The translations under genes were made by a program, and so were the position numbers. From assembly GCA_018817165.1 (NCBI GenBank), contig JAHITY010000101.1:278-64277 (forward strand): a DNA stretch of 64,000 bases. Direction: 5' to 3'. Of this stretch, positions 39,828 to 48,466 are shown piece by piece. The notes below the pieces were generated by a model. The model saw only the letters and a list, made by a program, of their open reading frames with translations, ran no database searches and was not told where the DNA came from. Positions within the stretch are counted from its first letter, which is position 1; the number at the start of each line of letters is the position of its first letter. The DNA is from Candidatus Omnitrophota bacterium (GTDB taxonomy: Bacteria > Omnitrophota > Gorgyraeia > B26-G9).

Positions 39828-40917
39828 TGCTTTGATCGCAAAATTCAATTCAAACAGAAAAACCATTTTTAGCGCGCTTGAGATTATTTGTGCAATTGTG
39901 TATCTTTTTATTATGGCGTATGGGTTTTCCCGTCCTTTGCGCGATGCTGTAGGTCTGATGACGGGAAACTCGATTATTGTAATAACTTTATACTTTTCTG
40001 TATTTTATACCCTATATTTTATTTTTTCTTTGCCCTTGAAATATTTTCAGAATTTAGCGTATATAAGGGCTAATAGTTTTGTCGAGTGGCTGCAGGTTGT
40101 ATCTAAAAAGGAAATCAGCGTGTTTTTTGTAATGTTTTTTGTTGTGCAGGTTATCTACTTTTTTCTGGAGACTGATGTCTTCTGGTGGTGGATGCCAGTA
40201 TCCTTTTTATGTATTGCTTCGCTTTATACTTGGGAACTTGCTCCTAAATATTTAGCTACTTTGTTTTTTAAGGCCAAAGCTTTAGCTCCTTCAGCATTTA
40301 AACAGCGACTTATTGAATTAGCTGCTTTGGGGGATATGAAAGTTATTGAGGTGTTTTCTCTGGCTTATGCTAAATCAGAAGTGGTTTTTATCGGACAATC
40401 GCCTGAGCGCAAGTTAATCCTTAGCGAAAAAATTATGGCTTATTCTCCAGAGGAAATAGAAATACTTGTTGCCCGAGAAACGGCGGAGCATTATTATGGA
40501 CATATTCGCTTTAAATTAATTATTCAAGCATTGGTTATTCTGCTTTCTTTTTTTATAGTTAATTTTGTATTTAAACCAACAGCTAATTATTTTGGTTTTG
40601 AATTTATATTTGATATTGAGACCTTACCTGTTTTGACTGGTATTTTATATATTGTATTTGTGCTAATGTCTTTGATTCAAAATCATTATTTGCGTTCTAT
40701 GGTTGAACAATCCGATATGTATGTACTCAAGGCGACCCAAGCTCCCGCGGCTTTTATTTCTTTGCTTTTTCGTCAGCAGGATAATGAAAATAAACAGACA
40801 ATAAATTATTTTTCAAGCCGAATTTTAAATGGCAGCATTTCGGATATTAAACGGATCACTTGCGCTCAGGACTATGCGCAGGCAATGGCATTAAAAGAAA
40901 AAGGCAAACAAAAATGA
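39820..40917 (+). CDS. polytopic membrane protein (possible degenerate M48/CAAX-protease-like)
   Basis: several hydrophobic helices; RETAEHYYGH; start uncertain (GTG at 39820 or ATG at 39913). Confidence 0.45.
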   Translation: MLDALIAKFNSNRKTIFSALEIICAIVYLFIMAYGFSRPLRDAVGLMTGNSIIVITLYFSVFYTLYFIFSLPLKYFQNLAYIRANSFVEWLQVVSKKEISVFFVMFFVVQVIYFFLETDVFWWWMPVSFLCIASLYTWELAPKYLATLFFKAKALAPSAFKQRLIELAALGDMKVIEVFSLAYAKSEVVFIGQSPERKLILSEKIMAYSPEEIEILVARETAEHYYGHIRFKLIIQALVILLSFFIVNFVFKPTANYFGFEFIFDIETLPVLTGILYIVFVLMSLIQNHYLRSMVEQSDMYVLKATQAPAAFISLLFRQQDNENKQTINYFSSRILNGSISDIKRITCAQDYAQAMALKEKGKQK

Positions 40918-42128
40918 TTTTTAATTTAACGGAATTTATTATTAAAAAAGCAAATCTTTCCGGCCAAGACAGTCAAGATCCTGCTGTCCGGGCCCGTTTT
41001 GGTTATTTGGAGGGCTGGATCAGTCTGGGGATAAACTTTTTTATTTTCTTGCTTAAGTTAGGCATGGGAATGATCAGCGGCAGTATTAGTATTATTGCTG
41101 ACGCGGTTCATACGATTTCTGATGTGGCCACTTCCGCTGTTGTTATCTGGGGTTTTAAAATCGCTCAAAAACCAGCCGATAAAGATCATCCTTTTGGCCA
41201 TGGAAGAATGGAGGATATTGCTACACTGATTATTGCTGTTGTTTTGACTCTAGTGGGTTTGGAATTATTGCATGGCGCGGTTTTAAGAATATTTAAACCG
41301 ATTGCTGTTGCCGGAAAACCTTTGTTTATAATATTTCTCGGGATAACTGTGGTGATCAAAGAATGGTTAGCTAGATTTTCCTTTTATCTGGGTCAGAAAA
41401 TTAAATCAAAAGCTCTAGCTGCCGATGCGTGGCATCACCGCAGTGATGCGATTTCAACTATATTGGTAATTATCGCGGTTATCGGATCAATGTTTAAAGT
41501 GTTTTGGCTGGATGCTTTTTTTGGGGCAATTGTTGCTTTGTATATTATGTTTATGGGGATACAGCTTGTTCGGGAATCGACTTTTCATCTTTTAGGTAAA
41601 GCAGCTGATAAAGAATTGATCGCGCTGATTAAAAAAATTGCTTTGTCGGTTGTCGGGGTTGAAGGCGTGCATGATATTATTGCCCATGATTATGGACAGC
41701 TGAAGGCAATTTCTCTGCATGTAGAAGTAGATATTACTTTGGATTCTGTGCGGGCACATCAGATCGCTACTTCAGTAGAAACCTTGATTGCTAAAAATAT
41801 TAAATCTAGTCCGATTGTCCATATAGATTTAAAAAGAATGATTCAGGAAAAAAAATCAGATGCCGCTAAAATGCTGGACCAGGTTTTTAAAAAATATCCC
41901 GAAGTGATAAATTTCCATAGTTTTGAATTGCTGAGTAATGAGAGTGGTGATTTTATGAGCTTGCATGTGGTAATTTCTAAGTCGATGAGTGTCGATCAGG
42001 CGCATCATTTAGAACATCAATTAGCGGAATCATTGAATAGTAATTTTAAAAATAGAACAATTAATATTCATATTGAACCTTGTGATTCAAAATGTGCTTT
42101 ATGTTCATTGGATTGTAAAGATATTTAA
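40914..42128 (+). CDS. cation diffusion facilitator (CDF) family metal efflux transporter
   Basis: GSISIIADAVHTISD…, HPFGHGRME; C-terminal cytoplasmic domain plus Cys-rich tail CDSKCALCSLDC. Confidence 0.85.
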   Translation: MIFNLTEFIIKKANLSGQDSQDPAVRARFGYLEGWISLGINFFIFLLKLGMGMISGSISIIADAVHTISDVATSAVVIWGFKIAQKPADKDHPFGHGRMEDIATLIIAVVLTLVGLELLHGAVLRIFKPIAVAGKPLFIIFLGITVVIKEWLARFSFYLGQKIKSKALAADAWHHRSDAISTILVIIAVIGSMFKVFWLDAFFGAIVALYIMFMGIQLVRESTFHLLGKAADKELIALIKKIALSVVGVEGVHDIIAHDYGQLKAISLHVEVDITLDSVRAHQIATSVETLIAKNIKSSPIVHIDLKRMIQEKKSDAAKMLDQVFKKYPEVINFHSFELLSNESGDFMSLHVVISKSMSVDQAHHLEHQLAESLNSNFKNRTINIHIEPCDSKCALCSLDCKDI

Positions 42129-42143
42129 GATGCAAGAACATGA

Positions 42144-42243
42144 CCGTATCGCGTATTGAGTATTGCGTATTGAGTCTAAATATAAAACAAAAGCAAAAAA
42201 TAGTTCTTTTTGCGCAATACGCGATACGCACGACGCAATACGG
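42144..42243. repeat. inverted pair of GTATYGM heptamer arrays (4 units each) flanking an about 36-nt A-rich spacer
   Basis: ccgtatcgcgtattgagtattgcgtattgag … gcgcaatacgcgatacgcacgacgcaatacgg. Confidence 0.7.
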
Positions 42244-42262
42244 GAAATAGAAAAGAGAGATA

Positions 42263-43177
42263 ATGGAAAAAAATAAAAGTTTTAAATCAGGTTATGTGGC
42301 TTTAATGGGTAAACCTAATGTGGGAAAATCAACACTATTAAATTATTTTTTAGCGGAAAAATTATCAATTATTTCGGATAAGCCCCAAACAACGCGGGAT
42401 GCGATTTTAGGCATTCTCAGTGATGAACAATCGCAAATAATTTTTGTCGATACTCCCGGAGTGCATAAACCTTTAACAAATCTAGGGCAGTGCATGGTTA
42501 GAAGCGCTTTGGGGGCAGTGGAAGACGCGGATATTGTAATTTTAATTATTGACGCGGAAAGCGGAATAACAAAAGCGGATCAGCATATTTTTAAAACTTT
42601 AAAAGAAAAAAAAATAGCAGATAATTGTCGCTGGGCAGCTGTGCTGATCAATAAAATTGATTTAATTCCCAAGGAAAATATTCTTGCTTTGCTTGATGCT
42701 TGCAGTAGGCAAATATCTTTTGATGATTATATTCCTGTTTCAGGAAAGACGGGAGAAAATTGCGCATTAGTTTTAGAAAAGATCAAAGAGAAATTGCCCG
42801 AAGGTCCTGAATATTTTCCTAATGATCAGCTAACTGATAAGAATGAACGCTTTGTAGTGGCTGAACTTATTCGTGAACAGGTTTTATGTTTGTGTCGGGA
42901 AGAGATCCCGCATTCTGTGGCAGTTGAGGTGCATAAATTCGCGGATAATCCTGGCCGAAAAACACTTATTCAGGCAACCATTTTTCTGGAAAGAGATGCT
43001 CAGAAAAAAATTGTAATCGGCAGTCAAGGGAAAATGCTTAAAAATATTGGTTCAGCAGCCAGAACTAATATTGAGGAGTTTATTGGCAGAAAAGTTTATT
43101 TAGAATTATGGGTGAAAGTGCAGGATAATTGGCGTAAAGATGAAAGTTTTTTGCGGCGTTTAGGTTATGAAAAATAG
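42263..43177 (+). CDS. era: GTPase Era
   Basis: GKPNVGKSTL, DTPG, NKID; C-terminal KH domain. Confidence 0.9.
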   Translation: MEKNKSFKSGYVALMGKPNVGKSTLLNYFLAEKLSIISDKPQTTRDAILGILSDEQSQIIFVDTPGVHKPLTNLGQCMVRSALGAVEDADIVILIIDAESGITKADQHIFKTLKEKKIADNCRWAAVLINKIDLIPKENILALLDACSRQISFDDYIPVSGKTGENCALVLEKIKEKLPEGPEYFPNDQLTDKNERFVVAELIREQVLCLCREEIPHSVAVEVHKFADNPGRKTLIQATIFLERDAQKKIVIGSQGKMLKNIGSAARTNIEEFIGRKVYLELWVKVQDNWRKDESFLRRLGYEK

Positions 43178-43197
43178 TAAATGGGGTAATATTTATA

Positions 43198-43225
43198 TTG
43201 ACATAGTAAACCGGCACTGTAAAAT
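43198..43225 (+). promoter_or_regulatory. sigma70-like promoter (TTGACA-16 nt-TAAAAT) upstream of the hydrogenase operon
   Basis: consensus hexamers read directly. Confidence 0.45.
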
Positions 43226-43275
43226 GTAGACAAAGGTTTCATATTTAATAGGGGATTTATAACAAGGAGGGGATA

Positions 43276-44205
43276 ATGAAACTTACCCGCAGACAATTCC
43301 TCAAGATATTTGGGGCTTCAGCTGTTGGCGCAGGGATTACGAGCTTGTATAATCCTGGATTAATTGAGGCTTTAGCTGCCGATGATGGAAAACCACCGGT
43401 TATTTGGATTCAAGGTTCAGGTTGCAACGGCTGTTCAGTATCACTTTTAAATACTGTGCATCCCAAAATTTCGGAAGTTTTATTACAGATCATAAGCTTA
43501 AGGTATCATCCTACTGTAATGGCTGGTACTGGAAAAACTGCTTTTGATGTTATCTACGAAGTGGCCGAAGAATTTAAGGGCAAATATATCGTTGTTCTCG
43601 AAGGCGGAATTCCTACCGCGGAAGAGGGTGGATATTGCACTGTTGGAGAGCATAATGGCCATCATGTTAAATTAACAGATTTGATTGATTTTCTGGCGCC
43701 TAATGCCGCTGCTTTGGTTGCTGTAGGAACTTGTGCTACTTTTGGCGGAATTCCTAAAGGCAAGCCTAATCCTACCGGGGTTAAAGGTTTTGCCGAATAT
43801 ACTGGCAAAACAGTAGTTAATGTCTCGGGGTGTCCAGCCCATCCTGATTGGATTGTCGGAACTCTGGTTCATGTTCTGCTGTTCGGCATGCCTGAATTGG
43901 ATAAGCATAATAGACCGAAATTGTTTTATGGTAAAAATCTCCACGATAATTGTCCAAATTATTCCTATTTTGCGAATGGTAAATTCGCGGAAAAATTAAG
44001 TGATGACGGTTGTTTGATAAATATTGGCTGTAAAGGGCCAATGGCTTATGCTGATTGTCCTCTGCGTCATTGGAATAGCGGCGTAAACTGGTGCATCGGA
44101 TCTGGGACAGGATGTATTGCCTGTACTGAGCCGAATTTTCCCGATGCTGCTTCGCCGATGTACGCTAAATTACCTGAAGATATGATTCCTAACCGAATAG
44201 TTTAA
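43276..44205 (+). CDS. [NiFe] hydrogenase small subunit, Tat-exported
   Basis: twin-arginine signal (TRRQFLKIFGASAVGAG); WIQGSGCNGCSVS proximal cluster; distal/medial cluster cysteines present. Confidence 0.9.
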   Translation: MKLTRRQFLKIFGASAVGAGITSLYNPGLIEALAADDGKPPVIWIQGSGCNGCSVSLLNTVHPKISEVLLQIISLRYHPTVMAGTGKTAFDVIYEVAEEFKGKYIVVLEGGIPTAEEGGYCTVGEHNGHHVKLTDLIDFLAPNAAALVAVGTCATFGGIPKGKPNPTGVKGFAEYTGKTVVNVSGCPAHPDWIVGTLVHVLLFGMPELDKHNRPKLFYGKNLHDNCPNYSYFANGKFAEKLSDDGCLINIGCKGPMAYADCPLRHWNSGVNWCIGSGTGCIACTEPNFPDAASPMYAKLPEDMIPNRIV

Positions 44206-44225
44206 TAAGATAAAAGGAGCTGGCC

Positions 44226-45638
44226 ATGGCCAAACAAACCATAAGTATTGATCCGATTACCCGAATTGAAGGGCATCTTAAAATAGAAGTTGATGTGGAT
44301 AATGGAAAAGTCATTGATGCGCGTTCGATTGGAACATTGTTTCGAGGTTTTGAAACCATATTAAAGGGTAGAGACCCGAGAGATGCTCAGATGATAACTC
44401 AGCGAATCTGCGGAGTTTGTCCGATTAGTCATGGGATTGCCGCTACGCTGAATCTTGATTCAGCTTTTAATGTAACTCCGCCATCAAATGGCAGGATTGT
44501 GCGGAATCTAATTCTGAGCGGTAATTATCTTCAGTCGCATATATTGCATTTTTACCATCTTGCGGCGCTTGATTTTGTTACCGGTCCGGATGTAGCTCCA
44601 TTTGTTCCCAGATACAAAGGAGATTACTTATTGCCTAAAAAAGTTAATGATGCGGCAGTTGAGCATTATATTCAGGCTTTGGCTATGCGGATGAAAGCGC
44701 ATGAATTAACCGCCTTGTGGTCAGGAAAGGTTCCCATGGCGCAGTCGATAACGCCGGGTGGAGTTTCCCAAAAAGTGTCTGTGGATAGAATAGCCTCAAC
44801 TTTATGGCGAATCCGTGAACTCAAAGAATTTATAAAAAATGTTTATATCCCGGATGTTTTAGCGATTGCTGATGTATATAAAGACTATGGTAATGTGGGT
44901 ATTGGTTATAAAAACTTTTTGTCTTTTGGGGTTTTTGCTGAAGATGACGCGCAAACAGAATTTTTGTTTAAGCCAGGACGCTATACTGCGGATCTTGATT
45001 TGGATGTTAATTCGCAAAAGATTACCGAAGATGTTGAATTTTCCTGGTATAAAAAAGAAATCGGGAGAAAACATCCTTCTGAGGGGCAGACTGATCCGGA
45101 TATGCACAAAGAAAATGCTTATTCATGGGTAAAAGCGCCGCGTTATGATGGTATCCCTCACGAAGTAGGCCCATTGGCCAGAATGTGGATCAATGGAGAT
45201 TATCGAAAAGGTGCTTCGCTTTTAGATCGTCATGCAGCGCGTGCTTTGGAAACTCTCAAAGTTGCTGAGGCCATGGAAAAGTGGGTATTGCAATTAAAAC
45301 CGGGTGAGCCGGTTTTTACGCCTTTTGAAATTCCGGCTAATGCTCAAGGCATGGGTTTAACCGAAGCTCCGCGGGGTGCGCTGGGTCATTGGATAAAAAT
45401 CGAAAATAAAAAAATAGCTAATTACCAGGCAGTTGTCCCTTCTACTTGGAATTTAAGTCCGAAAGATGAGGATTTTCAGCGTGGTCCGGTTGAGGAAGCT
45501 TTGATTGGTTGCCCGGTGCCGGACGCGGATAATCCAATCAATGTAGCAAGAATTGTCCGTTCTTTTGATCCTTGCCTGGCTTGTGCGGTTCATTTGACAA
45601 AACCAAATGGGGAAATTAAAAAATTTAGAGTTTGCTAG
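44226..45638 (+). CDS. [NiFe] hydrogenase large subunit
   Basis: N-terminal RIEGH…RICGVCPISHG and C-terminal DPCLACAVH Ni-binding motifs. Confidence 0.9.
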   Translation: MAKQTISIDPITRIEGHLKIEVDVDNGKVIDARSIGTLFRGFETILKGRDPRDAQMITQRICGVCPISHGIAATLNLDSAFNVTPPSNGRIVRNLILSGNYLQSHILHFYHLAALDFVTGPDVAPFVPRYKGDYLLPKKVNDAAVEHYIQALAMRMKAHELTALWSGKVPMAQSITPGGVSQKVSVDRIASTLWRIRELKEFIKNVYIPDVLAIADVYKDYGNVGIGYKNFLSFGVFAEDDAQTEFLFKPGRYTADLDLDVNSQKITEDVEFSWYKKEIGRKHPSEGQTDPDMHKENAYSWVKAPRYDGIPHEVGPLARMWINGDYRKGASLLDRHAARALETLKVAEAMEKWVLQLKPGEPVFTPFEIPANAQGMGLTEAPRGALGHWIKIENKKIANYQAVVPSTWNLSPKDEDFQRGPVEEALIGCPVPDADNPINVARIVRSFDPCLACAVHLTKPNGEIKKFRVC

Positions 45639-45674
45639 AATAAAATAATTTAAGCTTAAGAATTTGGGTGTTTT

Positions 45675-46130
45675 TTGTTTAAGAAAAAAATAACAATATT
45701 AGGAATTGGTAATTTATTACTCAAAGATGAAGGTGTGGGGATTCACGCGATTGAGGCATTAAAAAAAGAATCGCTGCCTGATAATGTTGAGCTTGTAGAC
45801 GGAGCGGCCTCAGGATTTGATTTATTGCCGATAATTGAGCAATGTGATAAGTTGATTGTAATTGACGCGATCAAGACAGCTGAGCCGGCGGGGACAATAT
45901 ATCAATTTGATCCCAAGCAGATCGATGTTGAACGAGATTTAAATATGTCACTGCATGATGTTGATTTTTTTCAAGTGCTTGAATTTGCCAGTAAACATAA
46001 GTGGTTACCAGAGATATTAATGATCGGGATTGTTCCGAATGAGATTTGTTTGAGTATGGAGCTGTCGGATATTATTAAAGCTAAAATGCCGAAGATTGTA
46101 GATTTGGTTAAGCAAGCAATAGCGGCTTAG
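45675..46130 (+). CDS. hydrogenase maturation endopeptidase (HyaD/HybD family)
   Basis: ILGIGNLLLKDEGVGIHA… and DAI motifs. Confidence 0.85.
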   Translation: MFKKKITILGIGNLLLKDEGVGIHAIEALKKESLPDNVELVDGAASGFDLLPIIEQCDKLIVIDAIKTAEPAGTIYQFDPKQIDVERDLNMSLHDVDFFQVLEFASKHKWLPEILMIGIVPNEICLSMELSDIIKAKMPKIVDLVKQAIAA

Positions 46131-46181
46131 CGTTATATTTTTATTCGATTATTATGGAGTTTTAAAGAAAGGAGTATTTTT

Positions 46182-46619
46182 TTGAAAAAAGTGATATTTC
46201 TGGTATTTGTTATCGGATTTTTATTTATGTTTAATTATAATTATGCCTCGGCGGAAGGTAATACTATTGAGTATGTTGGGGTTGAGCAATGCGCGGGCTG
46301 TCATCCCGCGGAATATCAGGATTATAAGCAGCGTAAATTTAATAAGTCCTGGCGGGTATTAAAAATGCGTGGGGCGGATAAAGATGAAAAATGCTTAAAA
46401 TGTCATGTTACCGGTTTTGGACAGGGCGGTTTTATTAGTGAAGAGAAAACTCCTCATTTAGTCGGTAAACAATGCGAAGCATGTCATGGGCCCGGGGGTA
46501 ATCATGTAAGTAATCCGGTTGACGCGGATTTTAAAAAACAGATGAGTGTAGTTAGTAAGCAAAATATCTGTATTGAATGTCATGCGTGCATGACTACGCA
46601 TAAATCAAATGATTTTTAA
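46182..46619 (+). CDS. tetraheme cytochrome c3-like periplasmic cytochrome
   Basis: signal peptide; four CxxCH motifs (CAGCH, CLKCH, CEACH, CIECH) in 145 aa. Confidence 0.8.
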   Translation: MKKVIFLVFVIGFLFMFNYNYASAEGNTIEYVGVEQCAGCHPAEYQDYKQRKFNKSWRVLKMRGADKDEKCLKCHVTGFGQGGFISEEKTPHLVGKQCEACHGPGGNHVSNPVDADFKKQMSVVSKQNICIECHACMTTHKSNDF

Positions 46620-46644
46620 ATGAATATTTAGTCATCAAAATATA

Positions 46645-46673
46645 TTGACAATAGTTTTTATTTATGTTAATTT
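46645..46673 (+). promoter_or_regulatory. sigma70-like promoter (TTGACA-17 nt-TAATTT), candidate promoter of the porin gene with an about 230-nt leader
   Basis: hexamers read directly; weak -10. Confidence 0.3.
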
Positions 46674-46909
46674 AATGATATATGTAATGTGCCGTAATTG
46701 GAGAGGTTTTCTGAGTAAAGGCTGAATTCATCATATATAACTTTAATCTGGCGACAAGGAGGTGGGGGAAAATAGAGCCTGGAGTTATAATCATATGGTG
46801 ATAATGGAATAAAATAGAAATAACCTGGGCAACTATAGACAAATTAATATCTGTAGACCTAGTTGGACAAATAAATCAAATTAAATTATTTCCTAAGGAG
46901 GAAAATATA

Positions 46910-48226
46910 ATGAAGAGAATGTTAACAATTGTTTTAGCAATAAGCATGATTGCGCTTGTAGCAATGCCTGCTTTTGCTGAAGTACAGAATATCAAAGTAA
47001 GTGGTGGAATTACAATCAGAGGTTTTCTAAGAGATAATTATGGAACATTAGGTTCCAATGGTGGAATTTCTTTCACAGATCAAAATGCTGCTATTGTTGG
47101 TACTCAGGAATTTGGTGCTGGAAGTAGAGATTGGTACAATACAACCACTACTCTGGGTGTTGCGGCTGATTTAACAGACAATGTATCAGCAACAATGGTA
47201 TTAGGAAACGAAAGAGATTGGGCTGATAATAGTGGCACAAGTACTCAGGGGATTAATCTTTATTCTGGATATATCACAATGCAGGAAATGCTGTATTCAG
47301 CTTTAACTGTTAAAGCTGGTAGAATGCCTATGGTTATTGCTGATGGCCTAATTATTGGTGATGGCACAACCGGCGAAACTCTTCTGGGATCAGATTATTC
47401 TGCACAGACAGAGTTTGACGCGATTGCTGGTATTTTAGATTATGATCCTTTAACAGTGATCATGGGAACAGCTAAAGTAAGAGATACCGCTCAAACAAGC
47501 AATGGAGATGTGGATCTTTATATGTTGGATGCGATCTACAAGTTCGAAGATGATAAAAACACTGTGTTAGATGCTTATTTTGCCACAGCGCATTATAGTT
47601 CAGCTGATGCTTTCACTGGTCTTTTATCTAACAGCGCGACATCAATGGATGTAAATATACTTGCAGCATGCTTGACAATGACACCAGTAGAAGCTTTATC
47701 AGCTAAATTAGGCTTGGCTTATCAGTTTGGTGATTATACATCTAGCCGTGATCTTGCGGCAATGGCATATGATCTTGGTTTAAATTATGCGATTGATAAT
47801 GAATATGCACCAGTAGTTGGTTTGAAATATGTATATCGTTCAGGTGATGATAAGGCAACCGGAACTAATGCTGATTATACCGGATGGCAAGCACTTTTTG
47901 AAAATCAGTTGAATGGCGCGATTTATGATCCAAATACAAATATCAGCGCGATTGCTTTAACCGCAACTGTAGTACCTGCTGACAGATTGACTGTTGGGAT
48001 TGAGTATTGGATGTATACATTAGCAGAATCTTTGAATGCTGTAGCTAATCAGTATTCAACAAGTGATGATGCTGGTCAAGAGCTTGATCTTAATGCAACT
48101 TATGCTTATACCGAAGATGTTAGTATCGGTCTAAGCCTTGCTTGGTTCTTTCCTGGGGATCTTTATGTAGCAGGAAATGATGAAACAGCTATGCAGGCAT
48201 TATTAGAATTAGGCGTAAAGTTCTAA
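46910..48226 (+). CDS. outer-membrane beta-barrel porin-like protein
   Basis: signal peptide (…AMPAFA-EVQ), G/T/Y/D-rich amphipathic repeats, C-terminal …LELGVKF (terminal Phe); strong RBS AAGGAGG. Confidence 0.65.
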   Translation: MKRMLTIVLAISMIALVAMPAFAEVQNIKVSGGITIRGFLRDNYGTLGSNGGISFTDQNAAIVGTQEFGAGSRDWYNTTTTLGVAADLTDNVSATMVLGNERDWADNSGTSTQGINLYSGYITMQEMLYSALTVKAGRMPMVIADGLIIGDGTTGETLLGSDYSAQTEFDAIAGILDYDPLTVIMGTAKVRDTAQTSNGDVDLYMLDAIYKFEDDKNTVLDAYFATAHYSSADAFTGLLSNSATSMDVNILAACLTMTPVEALSAKLGLAYQFGDYTSSRDLAAMAYDLGLNYAIDNEYAPVVGLKYVYRSGDDKATGTNADYTGWQALFENQLNGAIYDPNTNISAIALTATVVPADRLTVGIEYWMYTLAESLNAVANQYSTSDDAGQELDLNATYAYTEDVSIGLSLAWFFPGDLYVAGNDETAMQALLELGVKF

Positions 48227-48240
48227 ATTAAACGAATACA

Positions 48241-48276
48241 AAACCCCCGCTTCTTTGGAAGCGGGGGTTTTTTTAT
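48241..48276 (+). terminator. rho-independent terminator
   Basis: ACCCCCGCTTC-tttg-GAAGCGGGGGT followed by TTTTTTT. Confidence 0.85.
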
Positions 48277-48377
48277 AAGAATATTTCATCGTATTATAAA
48301 ATTTAATTTTTTTCAGTTTTTAATTATCTTGCCGGCATTTTTTCAGTTAAATTATTCGAATATTCGGAATTTTATGC

Positions 48378-48406
48378 TTGACACTATCGACGTTTTTGAG
48401 TAATAT
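48378..48406 (+). promoter_or_regulatory. sigma70-like promoter TTGACA-17 nt-TAATAT upstream of the MCP/che operon
   Basis: consensus hexamers and spacing read directly. Confidence 0.5.
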
Positions 48407-48466
48407 GAATAATATCGCAACTTATGATTTAGCAGTTTGTTCAGTAAAAAATAATGGGGGGGGTAA

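Noticed and set aside
44866-45132. 88-aa alternative-frame ORF
   Set aside because: Inside the [NiFe] hydrogenase large-subunit gene. No support.
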